A stretch of 64,000 nt of DNA from Azolla caroliniana (taxonomy: Eukaryota; Plantae; Polypodiophyta). The notes below the pieces were generated by a model. The model made no database searches, had not been told where the DNA came from, and saw only the letters and a program-made list of their open reading frames with translations. Below, piece after piece: positions 53,321 to 64,000 of the stretch. The stretch is taken from positions 12,152,001 to 12,216,000 of the forward strand of contig JBHGNT010000021.1 in the NCBI GenBank assembly GCA_043228905.1. Direction: 5' to 3'. The position numbers were made by a program, and so were the translations under genes. Numbering within the stretch: position 1 is the stretch's first letter; each line of letters begins with the position of its first letter.

Positions 53321-54551
53321 TGTGTCTTTGTGGGGAACAATTTAGTATATGTGTGAAAAGATACCAATTTTATGTCTAATTCAGACTTTTTTAGTGACAC
53401 TTGCTATATTTTGTAACAATAAGCGGCCTTACTTAAAAAGGTTTTATGACCTATAATAGCTTAAAATAATAGAAAATAACCCACGAATTACCTTTATGAT
53501 ATCAAATTTAAGCTTGTCGTATTAAAATTCTCTACAATATGGATATGGAATCAATATAAGCCATACTTGCCCTTCAATATGATACATATCCTTGTATAAT
53601 TATTAAGATATATAATATTCGAAGTTGAATAGCCCTTATTAGATTTAAATTCCAAATAAAGGACTACCATGTTCACTAAAAGTATGATTGATATTTATAG
53701 TTTAGCACAAATCGCCTGCTAGTTTTTGTCTTGATCTACTTATGTATATTTTAATATAAAACCTTAATCTAGGCAACCGCCTAACTTATATTTTCTTAAA
53801 TAGGCCATTTGAGAACTTGTCAGACTGACCTGTGAAGAAAATAAAGCTCCGGATTCAGGGCTCTCCAATTGAGACCCAAAAACTAATAGTTCCTCAAAAC
53901 ACCAAGAGAGGAAAAAAACTTCTCTTCAACGAGGAGACAAAATCTCAACCATCTGATGATGTTAGGCAAAAGAAAATGTTAGCAGCTACTGGTGGTGAGG
54001 ACCTTCTTGACCATGATCTAACGGACAAGGAATGGTGTATGCAATACGTCGACTCCAAGAAAAAAGTTGTGCTTTATACAACAAAGAAGAAGGGCGACGA
54101 TCAGCTTGAAAATGACATGACATTTATGTATGGCGGTATTCTACGATTTGACTATGAAGATTCAGATTCAGCCAACATTCTTGTAATGATAGAGTGCTCG
54201 AAGGGGGTATGTAAAGTGTACCTTTCTGAAGATCAACTAGTAAAGGAATCTTGTGGGCTAGAATCTTTTAAAAAAGATCTACAAAGCTCACAAAACCTTA
54301 TTGTCACCTTGAGGCCTTATATACAAGGCCATGTAACTCTAAGGGAGCCCCTTCCCTCCCTAGTGAAGGCCCCGAAAAGGGCATCTAAAGTGCAATCAAG
54401 ACCAGCAAAAAAGAAGACCACTAAAATGTCGGACTCCGACTCATCAAGCTCAAACGAAGATGAGGACACTAGGGGGACGCTAGGAGCTGAGCTGGCATCG
54501 AGTGTGTTGTCATCCGAGTAGAATAAGATACGGAGGGAGTTAATGCAACGT

Positions 54552-55329
54552 TGTCGTAGTTTATTTCGTACACTACGTGAAAAACTTATAAAGTACCGAT
54601 TTAATAAATATGAATAAATAGTAGAAAATATTAAAATATATATAACATGCATAGGGCAACATTCAAACCTTGCACCTCCATGTTAATAATGTGAAACCTT
54701 ACCATTGCACTAGCATTTCATTAGTATTAAAAAGTAGATGTCCCACATAGAAAGGTAAGTTCACATGGGATAAACTTTAGTTAAAAGAAAAACGCATGCT
54801 AAAAGAAAAAGCTACGCATGCACATCTAGTGTGCATGAATGCTATAGTCGATAAAAAACGCACAAGTTAGAAAAAGCATGATCACTTTAGATAAAGCATA
54901 TAGTCTATCTATAGGAAAAGCATGGAGTCTATAGTTAGAAAAAAAAAGCATGGATTACTAAGACTCCCTCATCACTACATAAGGATGGGGAGCACAATGT
55001 AAAAGGGTGTGTGAAATATTTGGAAATTGGATATATTTCCAAAAACACCAACCAATTAATATAATCGTGGGATTCACGAAAATAATATAATCTATACTTG
55101 TGGGATTCACAAGTTTCTTATATCTTTCTTTCAATCTAAATACATATTCTTATCTAAATATTGATTAATCGAATAAAATACACTCGTGGGATTCACGAGA
55201 TTTCTATCTCTCTTTCTAATAATGTATCCATAACTATAAACTTGTCTCAAATTCTTCCTCTTCCTAGTCCAAAACCCCAGTGGTTCCCACCCGACTCACA
55301 CAAACGATCTGGCGCCGAAAGGCACGACA
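54552..55329 (+). mobile_element. Solo LTR of the G1 family
   Basis: TGTCGTAGTTTATTTCGTACACTACG...GGCACGACA is homologous to the reverse complement of the G1 LTR at both ends. Perfect TSD ACGT at 54548-54551 and 55330-55333. Confidence 0.92.
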
Positions 55330-56378
55330 ACGTAAACTGGTGAGAAAAGGGCAAGTGTTTAATTTGCCTATAACACACATCCATCGGCCCTCTATAGATG
55401 AAAAAACAGGACGAAGACCACTTGAGATCAGAGAGCCACACCGAATGCATGTTCAAAATCTCAAGAAAAAAATGAAAATTAATCCACATGCTACCGTTCT
55501 GCCTTTTATTGTTATGGTGGATCCCGAAGAATGTGAAACCACTGAAGAATTCGACATAAGAAAACATGATCAATACAATTACTTTGTAATTGGTGGATCG
55601 CATTCGGCGGAGGCACATCGGCAACTTGTGAGAGAACATCCAACGACTTTCTTCTTCAAGTATGCCGAGTGCAAAATTTACGTGGGCCTCACAACTGAAG
55701 AGGCAAAGCTGTTGGCATGGGACCACAATAATGATAATGACTATAGGCAGAAAATGTCATCGATTGAGCGTATAATGTTTTTCCACCACAAGTACCTGGA
55801 CATCAAACAAAAGTTCGGTGTGAAGCTACATCTAGGCCTATGACGTCAATGCTTGCATGAAGTCGGCATTGTGGTGGATGATAATGTTAAGTCCGATGGT
55901 CTTCGGAAATATGAGTCCTGGTTTCAACTTGCCTTTAGAGATGGAGAAGTATGAGACCTACAAGATCAAATATTCTCAATGTGGGAGAATAAGGAGGTCA
56001 AGGGTCAACGACAAAAGAAATGTAAGGTAGACCCTCAACTAGAATTAAAGTCACAAGCGACCAAGAAAATTGATTTGACAATTGAAGAAGCGACTAAAGA
56101 CATGAAGGTGTCTCTTTGGAGAGCGATGCAAGGTATTAAGGACGAGCAACTTCTTGTGTCTTTTTTGTCAAGGGTTGTGGCGAAAGATTTAAGCCTTGAA
56201 GAAATGGTCACTGAGTTCAATAAGTAAGTCTTTCAAATAGTGATATTGAATTCAATATGGTGCAATTGGAATTTCTAATCTCGTCTTCTAATTTCATAGT
56301 CATAAGGTGTATATGAAGATCCAAGAAGTTATGATGAAACAACTTGGGAACAAGTGACTGAGGATTATCCTCTAACGT

Positions 56379-56800
56379 TGTCATGAAGAATTTCGGCCAA
56401 AGGCGGAAACTGGGAAACATTGGCTACTTCGGCGGGGTGCAGCATGTGTGCTCACCCTTGTACATTTAGTGTGAATAACGAGGGCGCCTTTATGGCACCG
56501 AAGAGTAGTCAAGTCGGGACAGACGATCCCATGTAAGTCGGGATTTATCCCACATTGTAACGCATCCCTCTCCTTGTTCTATAAAAGGAAGGGAGCGCCC
56601 TTTGTGAAAGGGTTGCCCATTTTTCGTTAGAGGGTATACCGTTAGATTTAGAGTTAGTTATTCTTCTTCTTCTTCTTTGTCTTCTCCTCCTTCGTGTTCG
56701 CTTAGGGTTGGCTTCGGCTAGTCTCCTGCGCAAGACCCCGCTCGGCGCGACAAGCCCTTGAGCTCCCGACCTACGGCTTGGCAACCAACGACTACTGTAA
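56379..56800 (+). mobile_element. Truncated Gypsy LTR (TGTCATGAAG start)
   Basis: The terminus resembles TGTCGTGAAG of G2/G3/G4; preceded by ACGT; TATAAAAGG at about 56580. No CGACA end followed by a PBS was seen before pol begins. Confidence 0.55.
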
Positions 56801-56806
56801 CCTACC

Positions 56807-59800
56807 TTGGTCCGGCTCGAAGCCGGGAGTGTATTAATACGTGATTTGGAAGCGACCATCGGCGGTCACATATTTCACATTTCTGCAGTAGTTCTCCAAC
56901 TACAGGCTCAAGGAGCTTACCCACTATTGTTGGGACGCCCTTGGTTAAAAACAACACACATCAAGCAAAACTGGAGGAAGAATATAATTACTTTCCGGCG
57001 TGGAAAAGTGAAAGTATGAGAACCGACTCAACCACGATCCGGTACCAGCAAGGAGTCAACGCCGCTATATGTGGAATGTGTCAACATGCTGGAAGGATTG
57101 GTGGACGAACAGGTCGATGAATACTTACAGGAAAATCAGAAGATCGTACCTCTGTTCGAGATTAATGTAGCCGAAGCAGTATCACCGTACATACTGCAAC
57201 TGGACAGGACTGACGAGGAACCGGATAAAGAAGCAATCCGGGAATTACAACAAGCACAGGAGGCCCTGGAAAAAGAAATGGCAGTCTCGCAGCACGTGAA
57301 AGCATCCCAACTAGAAGAGGTAAACCTAGGTATCACAGAGGACACAAGACCGGTGCACATCGCCAAGGAAATGACCTTGGCGAACAAAACGGCAATGATC
57401 ACACTCCTAAAAGAATTTCGCGATGTGTTCACCTGGTCCTACGAGGATATGCGGGGACTCGATCCTCAGTTGTATCAACACCAAATACATCTGAGTAAAG
57501 ATGCCAAACCGGTAGCGCAACGGCGTTACCGAATGAACCCAAATTACGTAGCAAAAGTCAAATAAGAAATCGACAAGTTGCTAAGAGTGGGCTTCATCTG
57601 ACCGGTAAAGAAAGCCACATGGCTCAGCCCAATAGTCGTAGTACCCAAAAAGAACGGTAATATAAGAGTGTGTGTCGACTACCGGAAATTGAATGCGGCT
57701 ACGGTAACGGACGCCTTCCCGCTTCCATTCACGGACGGAGTCCTGGATGCGGTCGGCGGTCATGAGGTCTACAGTTTTCTAGACGGTTTCAGTGGCTATA
57801 ATCAGATCCGGATGCACCCCGCCGACCAGGAGAAAACCGCTTTTGTCATCGAATGGGGAGTCTTTGTTGCCGTAGTGATGATGTTCGGACTGAAAACGGC
57901 GCCGACAACCTTCCAACGGATCATCATGGAGATTTTCGGAGAATTCATTCCGACATTCATGCAGGTGTTCTTAGACGACTTCATTGTTTATAGCCAAGAA
58001 GGGGATCACCTTCAGCACCTCCGACTATGTCTGGAGAAATGTAGGGGTTACCGACTAAGCCTGAACTCGGAAAAATGCGTGTTCGGAGTAACCAGCGGAG
58101 CGTTACTGGGCCACATAGTGAGCAAGGATAGTATCGCAGTGGATCCGGACAAAGTAAAAGCAATCCTAGAGGCACCGGCACCATCCACGACAAAGGCACT
58201 AAGCCGGTTCTTAGGAAAAATTCAGTGGCATAGCCGAATGCTCCGGTATCTGGCAGACCTGGCTACACCACTGCATGCCGCGGTACATTGGACACCGTTC
58301 CGATGGACGGACACAGAAGACCAGGCTTACCGGGCACTAAAAGTACTATTGTCACAAGCGTCGGTGGTGCAACCTCCGGATTGGTCTAAAGAGTTCCATG
58401 TGTTCGTTGACGCGTCCGACATTGCAATCGGAAGCGCGCTGATGCAACTTACAGAACCGAAATGGTACCGACCAATCTATTATGCCAGCCGGAAGCTGTC
58501 CCAAGCGGAACGTAATTATTCCACGACGGAAAGGGAGGCTTTGGGTATGATCTATAGTGTCACCAAGTTTAGACACTATTTGTTGGGAAGGAAATTTTCC
58601 TTTCACGTAGATCATTCGACGCTCCTCTACTTGGTGTCCAAAGCATCACTCACCGGTAAGCTGGCTCGGTGGACGTTACTATTACAAGAATTCGAGTTCG
58701 AGATATTCCACCGACCTGGCATACAACATGCGGTAGCAGACTATTTAAGTCGATTAGATTCCGGCGAAACCGGTGACGGCGTCCCAGACGACTTTCCGGA
58801 TGCAGAGCTGTTTAGAGTCACAGCAGAAACGACATCGGATCGTTCGGTCGCGGAGGAAGACAAGTGGCTCACCAACATGCACCAATTTTTGAGCACCGGC
58901 TTACCTTCGGAGGAGATGAACAGAGACGAAAGGAAACGCTTAGCGGTTCAAAGCCAGCACTTCTGCCTATTACAGGACACACTGTACCACAAAGGCGCAG
59001 ATGGCATATGGCGGCGTGTAGTGCGCAACGACGAAAAGGAAATAATATTACGGCGTGGCTGGAGGGCATTATGCCGGAGATGCTACGGCAAGGAAAATAT
59101 GGCAGAGTGGACTATGGTGACCGACAACAGTGAAGGATGTAGTCCGGTACGCTAAAGAATGCGACCTATGTCAACGAATGGGCCAACCAACCGAACAAGC
59201 CAAATGCTTGTATGTCAACGAATGGGCCCGTGCTACCGTTAGAACCATTTCAAAAATGGGGCCTGGATTTTGTCGGTCCATTCAAACCACCGGCAATGAG
59301 AACCGGCAACCGGTACGTGATTGTCTCTACAGATTACTACACGAAATGGGTGGACGCGAAAGCACTACGTGACAACACCGTGACATTCACGGCAAATTTT
59401 TTATATGAATGCATCTAGTGCCGGTATGGATGTCCAATAGAGCTCATAAGTGACCAAGGTGGGCACTTCTTAGGGCAAGTAGTGGAAAGTTTAACGACAT
59501 TTTATGCGGTGGTGCACAAACGGAGCACTCCCTATTATCCGCAAGTCAACGGATTAGTAGAGTCAACAAATACAACACTACAGAACATCCTGCAAAAAAT
59601 CGTCAATGAGAACCAGGCAGATTGGGATACAAAGCTGCACAGTGCACTCTGGGCCTACCGAACGACATATAAGACAAGTATCCGCACAACACCGTTTCGC
59701 CTAGCATTCGGATTGGAAGCAGTGATGCCGGTAGAATTCCAGGTACCGAGTTTACGAATACAGATTCGGGAACGCCTAAATGAGAAGGAATCGGAAGCTA

Positions 59801-62800
59801 TCCGGTTAGCCGCACTGTGCGAATTGGAAGAACACCGGCTAGCTAGCATCATGCACCTAGAACTAGAGCAACGGTGAAGGAAGGCGTTCGTGGATCCTCA
59901 CCGGAAAGGGAACGAAAAGATGTTCGGAATCGGTAAGCCGGTACTCGTGTTCCAGACCCGGATGGGTAAGATGTCGGGAAAGCTACGGTTTCGGTGGACC
60001 GGACCATACTGGATTACGCATGAGTTCAACGGTTCCTACCAATTAGGGACACTCGCGGTGAGGTTCTGGGTAAATGGGTCAATGGGTTCCGACTCAAACC
60101 ATAGAATGAACCCATGCCAAGTAACCCATTTAAACAAGTAAAGGCCGACACAGAACCGGACACCGGTAAATCGGAAGAGACAGCCACACGTTTAACAATC
60201 GGCAAGCGTGAAGCCAGTAAGAGGGAGCACAAGCCAGCAAACGACAACGACGCAACGGCAAGCAGTCCAGCAGCCGGCAAGGACCACAATCCGGATAGGG
60301 GTCCAGTGGGACCGGATGCGAATTAACAAAACCATTTTTATCGAAAATAAAAAATAAAATAAAAATCAAATCAAATCAAAGTAAATCATGCAAGGGCGAG
60401 GGGTGAACGGACACATGCAAGAACAAGGAATGAACAGGCACTTTGAAAAGGTACATAGTGGGTTATTAATAGGATATTAAACCGCCGCCACATGGCACGA
60501 CATTCTATATTAGTACACGACGTGCACAAGTGCGGGTAAGGAAAAAACAGGCGCCAACATGCAACAAGAAAACCCCCGCCACATAGAAACCCTCACATTT
60601 CGCGAACAGAGGAGTACAAATGCAGACAGGCGATTGAAGATCAGCAGATAAGCAATTGAAGATCAGCAGACGCGAGCCCACGCACACAGAGACTCCTCAC
60701 ACACAACCCTCACCAGCGCTCCCCGACCTCGATGAAGCCATGGACTGCCAAGCACTCTCTGAAGTAGCCAAGAAGTGGCTAAGGCAACACGGGTTAGAGG
60801 GTTTCCTCACAATCATGGAGGTGCCACCGCACCGGGAGGCGGAGAAGATAGTCAAAGAAATCGACACGGAGCTGATCGCGGAGGAGGCCATCCATGCGTT
60901 GATTGGCCTTTCAGAGGGGGGCATCTTCACCATCGACGACCCTACCCCAGAGCAGCTCCGAAAATATTTTGGGGAATACTCTCTGGCCAGTAAGGCCTAC
61001 CGGACACAGGGTGGCGAAGATCCACTCTTTCGAGAGATTGCCCATGTGCTCCATGAATTTGGACATGTATACCCTCGACCCCCGTCCATGCCCCAAAACC
61101 GGGTCGGCTTAATCATAGCCACATATGAAGGCGTAAAGGTGGACTGGGCAGTACTGATTGCGGATGGCCTCTGTGCGGGCATCGACTATGTCAGAGGCAA
61201 GGAGGGTCGGAAGATATGGACGGTAGTGGCGCAATGGCTCACCCTATTGGCGCCACCTATTGAGCCCGTCAAGACCACGAAGCGGGGAAGAACAACCGAA
61301 GGCACCCTGAAAATAGCCTTGAAACGACAACAGTTGTTGGCTTCTAAGGCAACCAAAGAGAAGGCGGCCGACATGGACCAGGCGGCAAAGGAGCGCGCCA
61401 ATAAGAAGCGACAGGCGGAAATGCAGGAGGAGCCACTGGTACGGCCAATCCAGATCAGGCTTCACCAACCAGTTCAACAACCGTCGGACCCCTTGGAAGC
61501 GAAAATCATACATCGTGACTCAGGAGGAGGAAGCAGAGGAGGAACCGTTAGAGCACCTCCAGCGGCGCCAGAAGGCAAGCACCTCCGAACAGACCGGGGA
61601 GCGTTTGGACCCAAAGAAGGATGGAACGCCTGTACCCCGCACTGAGCAGCCCGCACCAAGGATGGAATCGGAACCGGTTCGAACAAAACCGGTCACAGAG
61701 CTCCCTGCACAACAATCTCTACCGGTGGGTCAGGATATGGCAAGACCCGAAATGCAAGGGTCGGAAGTACAGTTTCCTACCCCACCGGCAGGCCAAGATC
61801 ATTCAGAGGCGGAGCGGCCAACGGAGCCGCAACCAGAACGGCAAAGTGGTCCACCAACAAGAGCCAGAGTTGCAACTCAACGCAATCGGAGAAAACCGAC
61901 CACTGGCCAGCGACACCAACAACCAACCCTCCAGGCAGACGCAACAACAGGGCACCGGCAGCCAATGGCTCCGGTGGATTGTAGTGTAGAACAGATTGTC
62001 GGAGTGGTACACTACATAGAGGCGGAAGAGAAAGCGCAAGTGGACCGGTTGCTCGTCACAACCGGAGAACTAGAGACGGCCCGGTCAAGGATCTGGAGCT
62101 TAGAACAAGACTTGGACCTGGCCACAGATGAATTGGCCAAAATGGCCTTAACCGGACCATCGATCCAACCACCCGTGACTCCAGTAGATGTACAGAATAA
62201 GGAAACACCGGCACCTGTACATAGCAATAAGACCCCAGAGACGGAACCAGACCGAGAGATAGTGGCGGCGCAAGCAAAAGAGCTTGCTGAATTGAGAGAT
62301 GAACTGGCCACACAGGAAGCATTACGCACCCGAGAGCAGCACTTGAAGAAAGCAGCAAAAGAAGAGCAACGAAAGACTGCTGAGAACCTCCGCCGGGGCA
62401 GAAGAGAATCTGCGGAAAGGACATCAGGCCTATGACCGGCTAAAGGAGGAGAAAGAGAAGGCGTTGCAAGAAAAGGAGAAGCTGCGACAGATGCTGGAAA
62501 CAGAGATCGAAAGACTGAAAGAAGAACTCCGTCAACAAAAGGATCGGGAAGACCGCGCTCACCGGCAACTCAACCAAAAGCTGAAGTAGAAGACCGATGA
62601 TTTTGAGCACCTACACCGGGACTACAAGCACCTGGATACGGAAGATAAGAAACAGTAGGAGAAGATGGCAGAGCTCCGGCAGGAGGTGCATCGAGTTGAG
62701 ACGGCGCTGGCGGAGGAACAAGCGGAAAGAACCACGCTGCTGGAGGAAGCCACGCAAGAACGGATGGAGAACCATAAGCAGCATTATGAAGAGAAGGAAA

Positions 62801-64000
62801 GAGCGACAATGGTATTGCAAAGGCTGTAGAACACCTATCAAACCCAATTGTCACATTACCGGGAGCAGTAGGTGGATATGGTGGCACTCATCAAGCATTT
62901 GAAGGACGAACGACAAGCCGCGGAGGACAAATTAGAGATGGGATTGGAGCGGATCCGGTTCATTGTCTAGGCATGGAGGAACAAGTCCAAATGCTTGATT
63001 GACAAAAGCTCCGCACAATGGTGGGACAAATGGGCAAAGCACACAGCCGAGCTCCAGTTGCTATGGGCGGACGCGGAAAACCAACAGAAGGATGGCGACG
63101 ACTGCAACATGCTAACAAAGGAGGACTTCACCGCCGTAAGAGATGAGTTAGTCGAGCATTTTGTAACTCTGGCGGAGGAACAATCAGCAGTGGTCCGGCA
63201 ACTTGTAGCACAGCTAGATGATGATCGATTGGATGCTCAAATCCAGTTTGAAAGCTATGAACGGACTAGGCTATGGAGAGAAGAAGCAAAGCAGGCGGCG
63301 ACCGTCAACCTCAACGATGAGGAGCCATCACCGGAGCAAGGACCGGACGGAGACAAGGCCGGGGCGAGTCAACCAGAGTCAAATCCGGTGGAGCAGCTAA
63401 CGGAGGAATCACCACCACAACCGCCGGTATCGAGAGCCGAACAGACGCCATCTAAGGAGCAACAGTCGGAGGAGTGGGAGCCACAACAACAGCCGCAACC
63501 GCAACCACAACAGCAACAGCAGCCGCAGTAGCAACAACAACAGAGTTCCGAACAACCATTGGATACCCTGGAGCAGAGTATTTTGGATATCTTGGACGAA
63601 GGCTAAGGGCCGGATAGTGGGATTCGACGTACAAGGTACTGTCCCACGGGCGTGCCATATGTTACCCGGTTGGCAAAGGAGTTAAAGACCAGAATGTGAA
63701 AGGGATGGTTATTCGGAATATATTTTAATTAAGTAGAGTAGATTATAATTATGTAGTGAATGGACGAACCGGAATCGGTATGCCGATCCGGATCCAGACC
63801 GATTCCGAACAGGTGCTGGTTGGCACCATTTTGTACGCAGCACCGGTGACCTATATAAAGGCCCGGTTACAATGTAAAACTTTAACAGAAAATTAATATA
63901 AGCTTCTTGTTTTATCTTCACGTATTGATTATCGTTCTGTATTAATTGTTATATCTTACACGTGTATTAAGTGAATGCCTTATTGCTAAGTAGCCAATTA
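56807..64000 (+). mobile_element. Degenerate non-chromovirus (Athila/Tat-like) Gypsy: PR end, RT-RH-INT (to ~60130), extra 3' ORF (60656-63531), probable 3' LTR from 63660
   Basis: LLLGRPWL, WLSPIVVVPKKNG, CVDYRKLN, FLDGFSGYNQI, FLDD, VDASD, NYSTTERE, WGLDFVGP, YYPQVNG, WTGPY. TGTTACC at 63660 with a downstream TATATAA. Confidence 0.85.
60656..63531 (+). pseudogene. Retroelement extra ORF: globular N-terminus, Pro/Gln-rich linker, long coiled-coil; frameshifted
   Basis: Same-strand overlapping ORFs 60656-61645, 61515-62435 and 62995-63531, with E/K/Q/L-rich heptad-like sequence in between; lies between INT and the LTR. Confidence 0.6.

Larger units (their letters stand above)
52843..56360 (+). 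pseudogene. Spliced gene encoding a ParB/Sulfiredoxin-like domain protein. Exons 52843-52877, 53804-54551+55334-56223, 56300-~56360; split by a solo LTR and cut by an LTR at 56379
   Basis: AG|GTAAG donor and TAG| acceptor are in phase. Removing the solo LTR plus one ACGT restores the frame (ELMQR|KLVRKGQVFNLP). ParB-like pattern: FNLPITHIHRP...EIRE...HVQNLKKKM...LPFIVMV...YFVIGGSHSAEA...IYVGLTTEEAKLLAWDHN...RQKMSSIE. In-frame stops at 53826, 54519, 55841 and about 55952. Confidence 0.72.

Noticed and set aside
52804-53400. 198-aa minus-strand ORF
   Set aside because: Artefact of the 51-bp (17-codon) repeat.
55280-55333. N-terminus MVPTRLTQTIWRRKARQR of the 187-aa ORF
   Set aside because: Derived from the solo-LTR end; the real upstream coding sequence is at 53804-54551.
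56300-56378. DNA methyltransferase domain after the ParB-like domain
   Set aside because: No MTase motifs are visible; the gene is cut off by an LTR.

Overview
Eukaryotic plant nuclear DNA, probably from a plant lineage that keeps plastid peptidoglycan genes (fern-like; inference). There are two intact spliced host genes in tail-to-tail orientation: a 13-exon plastid-targeted MurD (+, 3213-10837, 522 aa by my splice model) and a 4-coding-exon UND/U-box/ARM E3 ligase (-, 29600-33091, 749 aa). Most of the rest is nested LTR retrotransposons: Copia elements with tRNA-iMet PBS, and a Gypsy group with TGTCG...CGACA ends, tRNA-Trp PBS and 4-bp TSDs that are centred on CG. The most unusual region is about 48.4-56.4 kb. 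It looks like a decayed bipartite DNA transposon: a Sola/DUF7869-like DDD transposase (-) sits head-to-head with a spliced gene encoding a bacterial-type ParB/Srx-like domain (+), whose first intron holds a fold-back array of 51-bp palindromic repeats. All family calls come from motif recognition by eye; no database searches were run.
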